Shown piece by piece: positions 48,963-61,143 of a stretch of 64,000 nt of DNA. The DNA comes from Breoghania corrubedonensis. GTDB taxonomy: Bacteria > Pseudomonadota > Alphaproteobacteria > Rhizobiales > Stappiaceae. Location of the stretch: contig NZ_QAYG01000001.1 in NCBI RefSeq assembly GCF_003053845.1, positions 252,078-316,077 of the forward strand. Direction: 5' to 3'. Position numbers and translations under genes: made by a program. A model generated the notes under the pieces. The model saw only the letters and a program-made list of their open reading frames with translations, had not been told where the DNA came from and did no database searches. The stretch's first letter is position 1. Each line of letters begins with the position of its first letter.

Positions 48963-51164
48963 TCAAGGCCAGGTCTCTTTCGACGGACCTTTCCCGTTGC
49001 CGATCTCGAGGACGGGGCAATAGACATGCACCGTGGTGCCCCGCCCCTCCTCCGTTTCGATGATGACATGGCCGCCATTGGCATGGGCACGGTTTCTCAC
49101 GCGGGAGAGACCGATGCCCAGGGTCTCGCCGACCAGCTTCGATGACTGCTTGGTGGAATAGAACGGATCGAAGGCGTGCTTCAGCTCCGAAGCCGTCATG
49201 CCGCGTCCGGTGTCGCTCACTGAAATGTCGACGAAGGTTCCGTTGAGAAGCTCGCCGCAGGTCGAGCAATAGGCGTCTCCGTCCAGCACAAGCCGTTTTG
49301 CGCTCAGCAGAATTTCGCCCCCGCCGCTGATCGCATCGCGGGCGTTGCTGATCAGTTCGCTCAGTATCAGCGCCAGATCGTCAAACTCGACCCCCACCTC
49401 GTCCATGCCGGTCTCCAGGTCAATCGACAACGCGATATCCCCGGGCAAGGTCGTTCGTTCGATATTCAGGAGGCCACGCACGACCGGCCCCACGGCCAGA
49501 ACGCCTTGCGAAAGCTGGGAGCCAAGCGACATGGCCGAGATTTTTCCCAGCACGTCGCGCAACCGGTTGGCGCCGCTCAGCACCTTTTCGATATCCGCGC
49601 GTATCCCCGACTGTGCGTTCTCCTCGGCGGTATCGGCGGCCAACTCGGCGTAGTTTATGATCGGACCGAGCAAGTTGTTGAAGTGATGCGACAATTGGGC
49701 GGAGAGCTGATCGACGAGACGCATCTCGCGCTCCTGCCGTTCATGTTCGTCCGAGACATCGCGGCCGACGGAGACAAGATGCGTAAGCCGCCCCGCCTTG
49801 TCGGTCAGTGCAGAGACGTTCTTGCTCTCATAGAACAGAGTGCCGTCCTTGCGCCGGTTGATCCAGAGAGCCCGGACGTGCTGTCGGGTACGGGCGCGTT
49901 GCCAGACGGAGGCGTAGAAGCCCTCACTCTGTTCGTCCGATTGAAACAGACGCGGAGTTCTGCCGATAATCTCCGCGCGCGAATAGCCGGTCTTGCGTTC
50001 AACTGCGGGATTGGCGAACTGGATGGCCGTGTCCGGCGTGGTCACGAAAACCAGTTCGTCACTCTGTTCGATCACCCGGGCATAGATGCTCGCCCGCAGC
50101 TTGTCGCGTTCCGTGCGGCCCCGCCATCCCCCCCACAAGAACGCGACGGGAACGAGGGCGACAAGAAAAACGGCGATGACCACGCTCATGATCTCCAACC
50201 GCGCTCTTGAATTCGCATAGAGCTGCTCTTGGCGCACGACCGTCAGCAGGATCCAATACGGCTCCTCACTGACGATATTGCGTTCTATGTCATCGACCAG
50301 CCCCGGCGATGCACCGTGACTGTTGAGAAAAATCCGGTTGAACGCGAACTGACCGGCCGGCACCTCAAGTATTCCGCCAATGGGCCTGTCCAATAGCTTA
50401 CCAAGCCCATCGACATTCGAAATCGTGGTGTTGCGGGAAAGCTGGAACCCCCAGCTCAGTGAAGGATCCTCGTTATAGAGCCAGTAGCCTTGCGGGTTGA
50501 CGAGCCAGTAGCCGAGATCCGAATTGCGGTCGCGATGCGCAAGAAGTTGAAGGATTTTTTCGCCGTCGAGATTGAGAACAAGCAGGCCGAGTTTCTTTCC
50601 GCTCGGCCCGAACACCACCTGCGCAAGACGCATGGTGGGGCGGTGTGGGGTCTCTATCCTGCCGTTCTCGATATTGAGATCGAAACGGGAAAGGTAAACG
50701 TCACCCGCAGACAGTTGGATGCCTTTCGTGAAATAGGGCCGATGCGCCTTGTCTTGCAGTTCATCGGCGGGCACGATCCGCGTCTCCGCGTCGCGATGGT
50801 TGACCCGCAAACGTTCCATGCCGTCGGGACCGAGCAGGCGAATCTGATCGTAGATCCCCCGGTGACGGGCAAACCGCGCAAAGTCGAAGGCCAGTTCGCC
50901 GTTCGGCTGCCATCCGCCAGGATCATAGGCAGCCTGCTCCGCCAGCAGCGACAGGTCGTTCGCGGCCTCGCGCACCGGCGTGAGAAGCGCATCGCTCGCG
51001 ATGCGAAGCGATGACATCTGCCGGGCCGCCCATTGACCTCGCTCCGTATAGGAATCGGCCCAGTGCAGGACGATCAATACGAGCAGGATCGGTATCGCAA
51101 TGATGAGATAGAAGGAAACAGCCGCGGCGAGCGTTTCCTTCCACGATAGGTCCGATGGTTTCAT
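48963..51164 (-). CDS. Sensor histidine kinase with periplasmic Cache-like domain and cytoplasmic PAS domain
   Basis: Two transmembrane helices flank a roughly 300 aa periplasmic domain. Then a PAS domain, HisKA (LSHHFNNLLGPI) and HATPase_c (DTGRGM, GIGLS) domains. No adjacent response regulator. Confidence 0.8.
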   Translation of the reverse strand: MKPSDLSWKETLAAAVSFYLIIAIPILLVLIVLHWADSYTERGQWAARQMSSLRIASDALLTPVREAANDLSLLAEQAAYDPGGWQPNGELAFDFARFARHRGIYDQIRLLGPDGMERLRVNHRDAETRIVPADELQDKAHRPYFTKGIQLSAGDVYLSRFDLNIENGRIETPHRPTMRLAQVVFGPSGKKLGLLVLNLDGEKILQLLAHRDRNSDLGYWLVNPQGYWLYNEDPSLSWGFQLSRNTTISNVDGLGKLLDRPIGGILEVPAGQFAFNRIFLNSHGASPGLVDDIERNIVSEEPYWILLTVVRQEQLYANSRARLEIMSVVIAVFLVALVPVAFLWGGWRGRTERDKLRASIYARVIEQSDELVFVTTPDTAIQFANPAVERKTGYSRAEIIGRTPRLFQSDEQSEGFYASVWQRARTRQHVRALWINRRKDGTLFYESKNVSALTDKAGRLTHLVSVGRDVSDEHERQEREMRLVDQLSAQLSHHFNNLLGPIINYAELAADTAEENAQSGIRADIEKVLSGANRLRDVLGKISAMSLGSQLSQGVLAVGPVVRGLLNIERTTLPGDIALSIDLETGMDEVGVEFDDLALILSELISNARDAISGGGEILLSAKRLVLDGDAYCSTCGELLNGTFVDISVSDTGRGMTASELKHAFDPFYSTKQSSKLVGETLGIGLSRVRNRAHANGGHVIIETEEGRGTTVHVYCPVLEIGNGKGPSKETWP

Positions 51165-51352
51165 CGTGCCCGCCTCGCATGATTCCTCAACGGAGCAGCC
51201 AAGCCGGGCCAGCCGCATACCTCACCGAGATTACTAGCTAAGCGCATACTTTGCGTAAATGAATCCACGTACACGTATCAATACATAGATATATTCGCCG
51301 TGCGAAAAGCCCGGGGAGGTTTCCAAGCCGCTTCAGTCAACGCGCAGGCGCG

Positions 51353-52798
51353 CTATTGAAACGCCGTTTCCGCAAAGCTGCGCAACTTGCGCGAATGCAG
51401 GCGCTCCTTCGGCATGGCGCGCAACTTCTCCATAGCGCGAATCCCGATCTCGAGATGCTGGGCGACCTGACGCTTGTAGAATTCGGTTGCCATGCCGGGC
51501 AGCTTCAACTCGCCGTGCAACGGCTTGTCGGAGACGCACAGCAGCGTGCCGTAGGGCACCCGGAAGCGAAAACCGTTGGCCGCGATTGTGGCCGATTCCA
51601 TGTCCAGCGCAATGGCGCGCGACTGCGAGAAGCGGCGCACCGGTTCGCGGTAATCCCTGAGCTCCCAGTTCCGGTTGTCGATGGAGGCAACCGTTCCCGT
51701 GCGCATCACCCGCTTGAGCTCGTATCCTTCAAGACCTGTCACCTCGGCGACGGCCTCTTCGACCGCGACCTGCACCTCCGCCAGCGGCGGGATGGGCACC
51801 CAGGTCGGCAGATCGTCGTCGAGAACGTGGTCTTCGCGCACATATCCGTGCGCCAGCACGTAGTCGCCGAGTTTCTGCGTGTTCCGCAAGCCGGCGCAAT
51901 GGCCCAGCATCAGCCAGGCATGGGGCCTGAGCACGGCAATGTGGTCGGTGATGGTCTTGGCGTTGGACGGCCCCACACCGATATTGACCATGGTGATGCC
52001 GCGACCGTTCGCTGCGGTGAGATGATAGGCGGGCATTTGGGGCAGACGGGCGAGCGCGGTACCCGACGACGGTTCACTCTCTCCGCGCAGCGTCATCAGA
52101 TTGCCCGGCTCCACGAAACTCTCGTAATCGTTCGCACCATCGTTCAGCAGCGCCCGTGCCGTGTTGCAAAATTCATCGATATAGAACTGGTAATTGGTGA
52201 AGAGCACGTAGTTCTGGAAATATTCGACACCAGTGGCGGTGTAGTGCTGCAGGCGTTGCAACGAATAGTCGATGCGTGGCGCGGTGAAGGGCGCGAGCGG
52301 ATGCACACCACCGATCGGCACCTCGTGGGTTCCGTTCGCGATGGCATCGTCCATGATGGCAAGGTCGGGAACGTCGAAGATGTCGGCGAGCGGCCGGTCG
52401 AGGTCGAGCGCATGAACCCCGTCGACGTTGGTCCCGTCGATGAAGGCGAAATGAAGCGGAATGGGCGTGTCCGATTCCCCCACCTCCACGGGAACATCAT
52501 GGTTGCGAATCAGCAGGTCGATCTGCTCCTCCAGATAGGAGGCGAACAGATCGGGCCGCGTCACTGTAATGCCGTGGCGGCCAGGTCCGGGAACGAAACC
52601 ATAGGACAGGCGCTGATCGAGGCGAGCGTGGCTCAAGGTTGTGATGCGAACTTCGGGATAGCAGGCGCGCACGGGCATCTGCGGCACGCGGCCGCCGGCA
52701 AGTCCGGCGAAGCGCTCTCGCAGAAAAGCCGTGTTTCTGTCAAATATCTGCTGCAGGCGTTCGACGGCGGCGCGGGCGTCGCGGAACGCTTCGAAAGG
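51353..52798 (-). CDS. amn: AMP nucleosidase
   Basis: Strong similarity to Amn across the catalytic domain (VNIGVGPSNAKTITDHIAVLRP...GHCAGL...DMESATIAANGFRFRVPYGTLLCVSDKPLHGE). Confidence 0.85.
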   Translation of the reverse strand, partial: PFEAFRDARAAVERLQQIFDRNTAFLRERFAGLAGGRVPQMPVRACYPEVRITTLSHARLDQRLSYGFVPGPGRHGITVTRPDLFASYLEEQIDLLIRNHDVPVEVGESDTPIPLHFAFIDGTNVDGVHALDLDRPLADIFDVPDLAIMDDAIANGTHEVPIGGVHPLAPFTAPRIDYSLQRLQHYTATGVEYFQNYVLFTNYQFYIDEFCNTARALLNDGANDYESFVEPGNLMTLRGESEPSSGTALARLPQMPAYHLTAANGRGITMVNIGVGPSNAKTITDHIAVLRPHAWLMLGHCAGLRNTQKLGDYVLAHGYVREDHVLDDDLPTWVPIPPLAEVQVAVEEAVAEVTGLEGYELKRVMRTGTVASIDNRNWELRDYREPVRRFSQSRAIALDMESATIAANGFRFRVPYGTLLCVSDKPLHGELKLPGMATEFYKRQVAQHLEIGIRAMEKLRAMPKERLHSRKLRSFAETAFQ

Positions 52799-53007
52799 CA
52801 TTGCCGGAGGCCGCTCGGTTTGCGACGAAACGGCCTGAGGGGGCTGGGTCCAAGGATCAACCACTATTAAAACTCCGGCTATGTTGTTTGCTAGGCAAGG
52901 TCGTTTGCGCCAGACGCCAGGTCAAGCGCTCGTCAGAGTTTCCCTCGCCATGCTCGTCCGAGCACTCGTTCCCGACCGGGACCGCGCAATCTCAATTGAG
53001 GAGTGTC

Positions 53008-53685
53008 ATGCACAGCTTCGACGAGATCTTCGAAATGGCAACGAAACGCCATGGCGACAAGGGCGCCGTGGAAGCGAAGCTTGCGGATCTGACCCCCGTG
53101 AGCGCGGACGAGCTCGTCGCACTACCGGACGACCGCTGGCTTTCCATGTTCACGAAGTGTGTATTCCAGGCCGGCTTTTCCTGGAAGGTCATTGATGCGA
53201 AGTGGCCGGCCTTCGAGGAAGCGTTCTGGAAGTTCGATCCTCACCGGTGCGCGATGATGTCGGACGACGATCTCGACGCGCTTTTGAGCGACAACCGCAT
53301 CGTGCGCAATGCGGCCAAGATCATTTCCGTGCGGGACAACGCGGTCATGCTTTGCGACCTAGCGGAGGAACATGGGTCCGCCGCGGACTTTCTCGCGCGT
53401 TGGCCGGTCGCCGATCATGTCGGCCTGATCGACCTTCTCAAGCATCGCGGCAGCCGGCTGGGCGGCACGACGGCGCAATACGCGTTGCGCTTCATCGGGC
53501 GCGACGGCTTCGTACTGACGTCCTCGGTCATTGCCGCGCTGGTGCGTGAAAAGGTTATCGAACGCGCCGTCTTTTCGCGCCACGCACTGACCTCGGTGCA
53601 GGCCGCGTTTAACGGCTGGGTCCGTGAATCGGGCCGCCCAATGATGCAGGTCAGTCGTCTGCTGGCGCTCTCGGTAGAGGAATGA
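53008..53685 (+). CDS. tag: DNA-3-methyladenine glycosylase I-like protein (Tag family)
   Basis: Adenine_glyco family motifs (CVFQAGFSW, FDP....AMMSDDDLDALL...RNAAKI). GAGGAG Shine-Dalgarno before the ATG at 53008. Confidence 0.6.
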   Translation: MHSFDEIFEMATKRHGDKGAVEAKLADLTPVSADELVALPDDRWLSMFTKCVFQAGFSWKVIDAKWPAFEEAFWKFDPHRCAMMSDDDLDALLSDNRIVRNAAKIISVRDNAVMLCDLAEEHGSAADFLARWPVADHVGLIDLLKHRGSRLGGTTAQYALRFIGRDGFVLTSSVIAALVREKVIERAVFSRHALTSVQAAFNGWVRESGRPMMQVSRLLALSVEE

Positions 53686-53699
53686 GGCGCGAAGGCACC

Positions 53700-55017
<1,318 letters not shown>

Positions 55018-55059
55018 TGAGTAACAGGCATGCTGGCCGTTCGCATCCCCGCGAACATG

Positions 55060-55100
55060 AACGCCCCTTCGCCCCGCTCGGCGAGGGGGCGTTTATGTTT
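55060..55100 (+). terminator. Intrinsic terminator after ccrM
   Basis: AACGCCCC...GGGGCGTT stem followed by TATGTTT. Confidence 0.55.
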
Positions 55101-55217
55101 CCAAAGCACCTCTGACGCCGGCCGAAACCGGCAAAGGCAGCCTCGAAAAGGCCAGATCCCCTTCGTCTCGGGGTGAGGATAGAATACATCCGGATCATCC
55201 AACGATGACCGGACCGG

Positions 55218-55922
55218 TCACATCGTTGCGCCGAAGAGCGCGCCCACACCTGCCGTCAGCGCCATTGCCACCGCCCCCCAGAACGTCACCCGGATCGTCG
55301 GCCTCGCAATGGCCGCACCGCCCGCCACGGCCCCCAAGGCGCCGAGGCAGCCCAGAAAGACCAGCGTCGAAGCCATGACGGCAGGAATGACGAATGACTG
55401 GGGCGAGAGCAGAACCACGATCAACGGCAGCGCGGCGCCGATGGAAAAGGTCACCGCGGAGGTGAATGCGGCCTGTAGCGGGCGCGCGGTGGTCAAGTCG
55501 GAAATGCCCAGCTCATCACGTGCGTGCGCGCCGAGCGCATCGGCCGCCATCAGCTGGCGCGCCACCTCGGCGGCGGTCTCGGGCGAGACGCCACGCCCGA
55601 CATAGATGTCGGCAAGTTCCTTCAGTTCGAAATCCGGCTGATCGATCAGTTCCTGCCGTTCCTGGGCAAGATCGGCCTTTTCGGTGTCGGACTGGGAGCT
55701 GACGGAGACATATTCACCCGCCGCCATGGACATCGCGCCGGCAACAAGACCGGCAGCACCTGCAACCAGAACGTCGCTTATCTGCGATGAGGCGGCAGCG
55801 ACGCCGACGACGAGGCTCGCGGTCGAGACAAGGCCATCATTGGCACCGAGCACCGCGGCTCTCAACCAGCCGACGCGGTGGGCTCCATGCTTTTCGACGT
55901 GTCTGGTGTGCATGTGATCCAC
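55218..55922 (-). CDS. VIT1/CCC1 family iron/manganese transporter
   Basis: VIT family transmembrane core, with an N-terminal GANDGLVST motif and five transmembrane helices. Confidence 0.75.
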   Translation of the reverse strand: MDHMHTRHVEKHGAHRVGWLRAAVLGANDGLVSTASLVVGVAAASSQISDVLVAGAAGLVAGAMSMAAGEYVSVSSQSDTEKADLAQERQELIDQPDFELKELADIYVGRGVSPETAAEVARQLMAADALGAHARDELGISDLTTARPLQAAFTSAVTFSIGAALPLIVVLLSPQSFVIPAVMASTLVFLGCLGALGAVAGGAAIARPTIRVTFWGAVAMALTAGVGALFGATM

Positions 55923-56022
55923 TCCCCCAAACGGCGCCGAGGCGAGCGCCGGTCGCAGCGTGTGTAGCCGATCGCGGCGCGCGGAGGGAAGCCCTACTTC
56001 CCGCCCACGCGCCGCGACGATG

Positions 56023-57603
56023 CTATTCGGCTGCCTCCACCGACGCCGGCTCGGGCCGCACCCATTTCAGGATCGGCTTTCGCGCGGCGGCCGTTTCATC
56101 CAGACGACGACGCGGGCTGTGATAGGGCGCACCGGTGAAGCGCTCCGTCTCGCCCTTCTTTGCCGACATCACCAGATCGCGCAGCGTGGCGATGAAGAGA
56201 TCGAGGCTCGCGAGGCTCTCCGATTCCGTCGGCTCGATCAGCAGCGCGCCATGGACGACCAGCGGGAAGTACATGGTCATCGGGTGGTAGCCCTCGTCGA
56301 TCATCGCCTTGGCGAAATCGAGCGTGGTGACGCCGGTGTCCTTCAGGAATGAGTCGTCGAACAGCACCTCGTGCATGTTCGGCCGGTTGCCGAAGGGCAG
56401 GCTCATCAGGTCGGCGAGGCCGACGCGGATGTAGTTGGCGTTCAGCACCGCATCTTCCGACGCCTGCTTCAGGCCGTCGCAGCCGTGGCTCAGCATGAAG
56501 GAGAGCGCGCGGATGAACATGCCCATCTGGCCGTGGAAGGCGGTCATGCGGCCGAACGGCGTGTCGCCATGCTCCTTGGCCTCGGCACGCGTTTCAATGA
56601 ACTCGGCCGTTTCGCCCTCGAAGCGCACGTAGGGGACCGGGGCAAACGGGGCGAGCTTGTCCGACAGCACCACCGGACCGGCACCCGGACCGCCACCGCC
56701 GTGCGGGGTGGAGAAGGTCTTGTGCAGGTTGATGTGCATGGCATCGACGCCGAGCTCGCCGGGCTTGGCCTTGCCGACGATGGCGTTGAAGTTGGCGCCG
56801 TCGCAGTAGAAGTAGGCGCCGGCCTCGTGCACCGCGTCGGCGATCTCCTTGATGTCGCGCTCGAACAGCCCGCAGGTGTTCGGGTTCGTCAGCATGATCG
56901 CGGCGACCTGATCGTCCAGCAGTTCGCGAACTGAGGCCGGATCGACCGTGCCGTCCTCGCGGGCGGGGATCGTCACGACCTTGTAGCCCAGAAGCGCGGC
57001 GGTCGCCGGGTTGGTGCCATGGGCGCTCTCGGGCACCAGCACCTTGGAGCGGCTTTCGCCACGGGCCTTCAGCGCGGCCTTGATCGCCATCATGCCGCAC
57101 AGCTCGCCATGCGCGCCGGCCTTCGGGCTCATGGCGACGGAGGCCATGCCAGTGGTGACCAGCAGCCAGCGGCCCAGCTGCGCGATCAGCTCCACCGCGC
57201 CCTTGACCGTGGAAAGCGGCTGCAGCGGATGCACGTCGGCAAAGCCCGGCAGCCGCGCCATCTTCTCGTTGAGCCGCGGGTTGTGCTTCATCGTGCACGA
57301 GCCCAGCGGATAGAGCCCCATGTCGATGGCATAGTTCTTCTGGGAAAGCCGCACGTAGTGCCGCATCGCCTCCGGCTCGGAGAGCCCGGGCAGATCAATC
57401 GGCGCCTCGCGACGGTGGCTGCCCAGCCGCGGTTTGAAATCGAGCGGCACGTCGATATCGACGCCGGTGACATCGTTGCGGCCGGTCTCGAAGATCAGCG
57501 GCTCCTCGATCTGCAACGCCTTGTTGCCGGTGAACGTCTTGTGCTCGGCAACCATTCCCGCCTCGTTTGGCGTGGAGGGGCGACCCTGATTGTTCATGCT
57601 CAT
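56023..57603 (-). CDS. gcvPB: Glycine dehydrogenase (decarboxylating) subunit 2
   Basis: PLP-binding Lys context ([18 protein letters not shown]). 526 aa. 4 nt overlap with gcvPA. Confidence 0.9.
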   Translation of the reverse strand: MSMNNQGRPSTPNEAGMVAEHKTFTGNKALQIEEPLIFETGRNDVTGVDIDVPLDFKPRLGSHRREAPIDLPGLSEPEAMRHYVRLSQKNYAIDMGLYPLGSCTMKHNPRLNEKMARLPGFADVHPLQPLSTVKGAVELIAQLGRWLLVTTGMASVAMSPKAGAHGELCGMMAIKAALKARGESRSKVLVPESAHGTNPATAALLGYKVVTIPAREDGTVDPASVRELLDDQVAAIMLTNPNTCGLFERDIKEIADAVHEAGAYFYCDGANFNAIVGKAKPGELGVDAMHINLHKTFSTPHGGGGPGAGPVVLSDKLAPFAPVPYVRFEGETAEFIETRAEAKEHGDTPFGRMTAFHGQMGMFIRALSFMLSHGCDGLKQASEDAVLNANYIRVGLADLMSLPFGNRPNMHEVLFDDSFLKDTGVTTLDFAKAMIDEGYHPMTMYFPLVVHGALLIEPTESESLASLDLFIATLRDLVMSAKKGETERFTGAPYHSPRRRLDETAAARKPILKWVRPEPASVEAAE

Positions 57604-58949
57604 GCCAGCACCTCCTTCAGCGCGGCAGCGTATGCGGCGCGGTCCTCGTCGGTGTTGATTTCTGTGGCCGCGACGACCAGCAGGTCCTCAACGTCCTTCG
57701 ACACCGGGTCAATGCGCTTGACCGGAACGCCGGCCATGATGCCCTTGTCGGCGAGCGTGTCGACGATGGCCTCTGCATCCTTGCCCTTCAGTCGAAGCGT
57801 GAACTCGTTGAAGAACGTCTCGTTGAGAAGCTCCACGCCGTCGATGCCTTCCAGCATCCCGGCAAGCTTCACGGCCGCCGCGTGGTTGGCCATCGCCAGT
57901 TGCTCGAAACCGGTCTGGCCCAGCAGCGTCATGTGGATGGTGAAGGCGAGCTGGCAGAGGCCTGCGTTGGTGCAGATGTTCGACGTCGCCTTTTCGCGGC
58001 GGATGTGCTGCTCGCGGGTGGAAAGCGTGAGAACGAAACCGCGCTTGCCGTCGGCGTCCACCGTCTCGCCGCAGAGCCGGCCGGGCATCTGGCGGATGTA
58101 TTTCTGCCGTGTCGCGAAGAGGCCGACATAGGGGCCGCCGAAGGTCAGCGGATTGCCGAGCGACTGGCCCTCGCCCACCACGATATCCGCTCCTTGCGTG
58201 CCGGCCGGCTCGATGAGGCCCAGCGAAACGACTTCGGTGAAGACGGCGATCAGCAGCACGCCGCATTCGTGCGCCTTTTCCGCGATCGGCTTCAGGTCGA
58301 TCAACTGGCCGAAGAAGGAGGGCGACTGCACGACGACGCAGGAGGTCTCGTTGTCGATGCGGGAGAGAATGTCCTCGGCGCCGGTCGGGTCTGCCGGCAG
58401 GATATCGAACGTGTCGTCGGCGAGTTCCGACATGGTGCGGATCACCGCGCGGTAGTGCGGATGCAGACCGCCGGAGATCACCGCCTTGTTGCGCTTCGTC
58501 ACCCGGTGCGCCATCAGCACCGCTTCCGCCGCCGCCGTCGAGCCGTCGTACATGGAGGCGTTGGCCACATCCATGGCGGTCAGGTTGGCGATCTGCGTCT
58601 GGAACTCAAACAGCGCCTGCAGCGTGCCTTGCGTGATTTCCGGCTGATACGGTGTGTAGGAGGTCAGGAATTCGGAGCGCTGGATCAGGTGGTCCACCGT
58701 CGCCGGCACATGGTGCTTGTAGGCGCCGCCGCCGATGAAGAAGGGCACGGAAGAGGCCGGCACGTTCTGCGCGGCGAGGCGCGAAAGATGGCGTTCCACC
58801 TCCAGCTCGCTCTTGCGGCGCGGCAGGTCCATGGGAGCGGTGAGGCGGGCAGCCTCGGGAATGTCGGCGAACAGATCGTCGATCGAGCCGATCCCGATAC
58901 GGGCCAGCATGTCGGCACGATCCTGATCGCTCAGGGGAAGATAGCGCAT
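57600..58949 (-). CDS. gcvPA: Glycine dehydrogenase (decarboxylating) subunit 1
   Basis: GcvPA similarity from [15 protein letters not shown]. The upstream part of the track ORF looks non-coding. Confidence 0.85.
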   Translation of the reverse strand: MRYLPLSDQDRADMLARIGIGSIDDLFADIPEAARLTAPMDLPRRKSELEVERHLSRLAAQNVPASSVPFFIGGGAYKHHVPATVDHLIQRSEFLTSYTPYQPEITQGTLQALFEFQTQIANLTAMDVANASMYDGSTAAAEAVLMAHRVTKRNKAVISGGLHPHYRAVIRTMSELADDTFDILPADPTGAEDILSRIDNETSCVVVQSPSFFGQLIDLKPIAEKAHECGVLLIAVFTEVVSLGLIEPAGTQGADIVVGEGQSLGNPLTFGGPYVGLFATRQKYIRQMPGRLCGETVDADGKRGFVLTLSTREQHIRREKATSNICTNAGLCQLAFTIHMTLLGQTGFEQLAMANHAAAVKLAGMLEGIDGVELLNETFFNEFTLRLKGKDAEAIVDTLADKGIMAGVPVKRIDPVSKDVEDLLVVAATEINTDEDRAAYAAALKEVLA

Positions 58950-59208
58950 GGTTTCAAGATCCGGTTTGGTTTTGGGCACCACGTGGGCCGCGCACTTTCG
59001 ACAAAATTGCGGACAGAGCGCTGCGCTTTCATCCTTTTCGATGTCATCCCGGGCTTGACCCGGGACCCAGTAACCGCCGGTCGGGGTTGGTTGGCGCGAT
59101 TGGCGTCTCCCAACGGACCACACCGTTTACTGGGCCCCGGCTCTCCGCTTCGCTGCGGCCGGGGTGACACTCAAGGTTGCGGCAAGCGCGCGCTTCCGCT
59201 GCTCGTCT

Positions 59209-59580
59209 TTACAGGCTTTCCACGAAAGCCTTGTAGGCGGCCTCGTCCATCAGATCCTCAAGCTCGGCCTTGTCGGAGACCGTCATCTTGACGAACCAGG
59301 CAGCCCCTTCCGGGTCCTCGTTGACCTTCGCCGGCGCGTCGACGAGCGCGTCGTTGGCTTCGGTCACATCGCCGGAGATCGGGGCATAGACCTCGGACGC
59401 GGCCTTGACCGATTCAACAACCGCCGCCTCGTCGCCCTGCGCCAGCGTCTTGCCGACGTCCGGCAGCTCGACGAAGACAACATCGCCAAGCTGGCTCTGC
59501 GCGAAATCGGTGATGCCGATCGTGGCGACGTCGCCCTCGACGGCGACCCATTCATGATCCTTGGAGTAGTAGGTAGTCAT
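59209..59580 (-). CDS. gcvH: Glycine cleavage system H protein
   Basis: Lipoyl-Lys motif (ESVKAASEV). Start chosen at [12 protein letters not shown], which removes the overlap with gcvT. Confidence 0.85.
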   Translation of the reverse strand: MTTYYSKDHEWVAVEGDVATIGITDFAQSQLGDVVFVELPDVGKTLAQGDEAAVVESVKAASEVYAPISGDVTEANDALVDAPAKVNEDPEGAAWFVKMTVSDKAELEDLMDEAAYKAFVESL

Positions 59581-59608
59581 TTCGTTCGTCCCTGGGGAGG
59601 TGCCGTTA

Positions 59609-60754
59609 TCAGGCAGGTTTGCGGTAGTAGCGGTGTTCAACGAAAGGCATGGAGGAAACGCGGGCCGGCAGTTCGCGGCCGCGCACGATGATCTTCACCG
59701 GCGTACCGTCTTCGGCATGGCCGGTTTCGACGTAGCCCATGGCGATGGGGGCGCCCACGGTGGGAGCGAAGCCGCCGGAGGTCAGGACGCCGATCCTTGC
59801 GCCATCTGCGGACAGAACTTCCGCGCCCTCGCGTGCCGGTGCGCGGCCTTCGAGGCGGAAGCCGACGCGCTTGCGGACAGCGCCTTCATTGAATTCGGCA
59901 AGAATGCGGGCGGCACCGGGGAAGTCGGCAGCCTCGCGGCGGCTCTTCTGCAGCACGAAGGTGATGTCGCTCTCGACCGGCGAGGTCGTCTCGTCGATGT
60001 CGTGACCGTAGAGGCACAAGCCCGCCTCAAGCCGCAGGCTGTCGCGCGCGCCAAGGCCGATCGGCTTGACCTCGTCGTGGGAGAGCAGCGCGCGGGCGAG
60101 CGCCTCGGCGGCACCGGCGGCAACGGAGACCTCGTAGCCGTCCTCGCCCGTGTAGCCGGACCGCGAGAGCTTCACGTCGATGCCGTCGAAGGCGCCGTCC
60201 ATGGAGGTCATGAAGCCCATCTCGTCGGCGCCGGGCACGTGGCTGGCCAGCACCTCGGCCGCCTTCGGGCCCTGCAGCGCGATCAGCGCCCGCTCGTCCA
60301 GGATTTCCAGACGCACGCCTTCGGGCAAGGCGGCTGCGATCATCGGGAAATCGACATCCTTGCGCGCGGCGTTGACGACAAGGAACAGCCTGCCGTCAAG
60401 CTCGGGCTCGGCGGGCCGGGTGACCATCAGATCGTCGACGATGCCGCCCTCGCCGTTCAGCAGCACCGTGTAGCGGATGCGGCCCGGCTTCAGCGTGGCG
60501 ATCGCGGACGGCACGATTGTCTCGAGCGCCTTCGCGGTGGTTTCATGGTCGGGGCCGATCAGGAAGGCCTGGCCCATGTGGGAAACGTCGAAAAGCCCCG
60601 CGCTTTCGCGCGTCCAGGTGTGCTCGGCGAGGATGCCTTCATATTGTACCGGCATATCGTAGCCGGCGAAGGGCACCATGCGGGCACCAAGTTCCACATG
60701 AAGATCATGCAACGGGGTATCGAGTAGCTGTCCGCTCGCGGCGGGATCGGCCAT
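59609..60754 (-). CDS. gcvT: Glycine cleavage system T protein (aminomethyltransferase)
   Basis: Full-length GcvT similarity. Confidence 0.9.
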   Translation of the reverse strand: MADPAASGQLLDTPLHDLHVELGARMVPFAGYDMPVQYEGILAEHTWTRESAGLFDVSHMGQAFLIGPDHETTAKALETIVPSAIATLKPGRIRYTVLLNGEGGIVDDLMVTRPAEPELDGRLFLVVNAARKDVDFPMIAAALPEGVRLEILDERALIALQGPKAAEVLASHVPGADEMGFMTSMDGAFDGIDVKLSRSGYTGEDGYEVSVAAGAAEALARALLSHDEVKPIGLGARDSLRLEAGLCLYGHDIDETTSPVESDITFVLQKSRREAADFPGAARILAEFNEGAVRKRVGFRLEGRAPAREGAEVLSADGARIGVLTSGGFAPTVGAPIAMGYVETGHAEDGTPVKIIVRGRELPARVSSMPFVEHRYYRKPA

Positions 60755-60812
60755 GGGCTTACCTTCGGTCCAGAGTCACGGGAGCGATATGGAAAACATC
60801 CATCCGCGCCCC

Positions 60813-61005
60813 CTCTGTCCGAGTACCTGAGAGATTTCCCTGGCAAGCCCCCCTGGGCACGCCTGGTTACTCCTTCGGTGAGCCGTCACGCCTTTTTGCG
60901 CGGCCGCTTTCCAGAGTGTCGCTTGCCTTGCGGTCCTTTTGCCTGAGAGTTTCCGGGGCGGTTGCTCCTTCGGCGCCGGGCGAATCGCCCGACCTCTCCC
61001 GCTTG
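60813..61005 (-). ncRNA. Tandem glycine riboswitch (aptamers I and II) in the gcvT leader
   Basis: Minus-strand RNA reads GGAGAG...GCCGAAGGAGCAACC...CUCUCAGGCAAAAGGACCG, then CUCUGGAAAG...CACCGAAGGAGUAAC...CUCUCAGGUACUCGGACAG. Both conserved cores are present. Confidence 0.85.
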
Positions 61006-61143
61006 GCCATTTCCAATCCACAACCGACTCGCGACCAACTGCCGGTGCAACTTATAATCGAGAGGCGCGACATCAGAGTCAATCGTCAGCCGCGCGAGTC
61101 CTCTTCCGATTCACTGCATTCGCGTGCGGTTTACGTGCCCGTT

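Noticed and set aside
51356-52870. 504 aa plus-strand ORF antisense to amn
   Set aside because: Amn similarity on the minus strand is very strong. The antisense ORF has no domain.
57019-59291. 370 aa and 574 aa plus-strand ORFs antisense to gcvPB and gcvPA
   Set aside because: Same shadow-ORF reasoning. The gcvP subunits are unambiguous.
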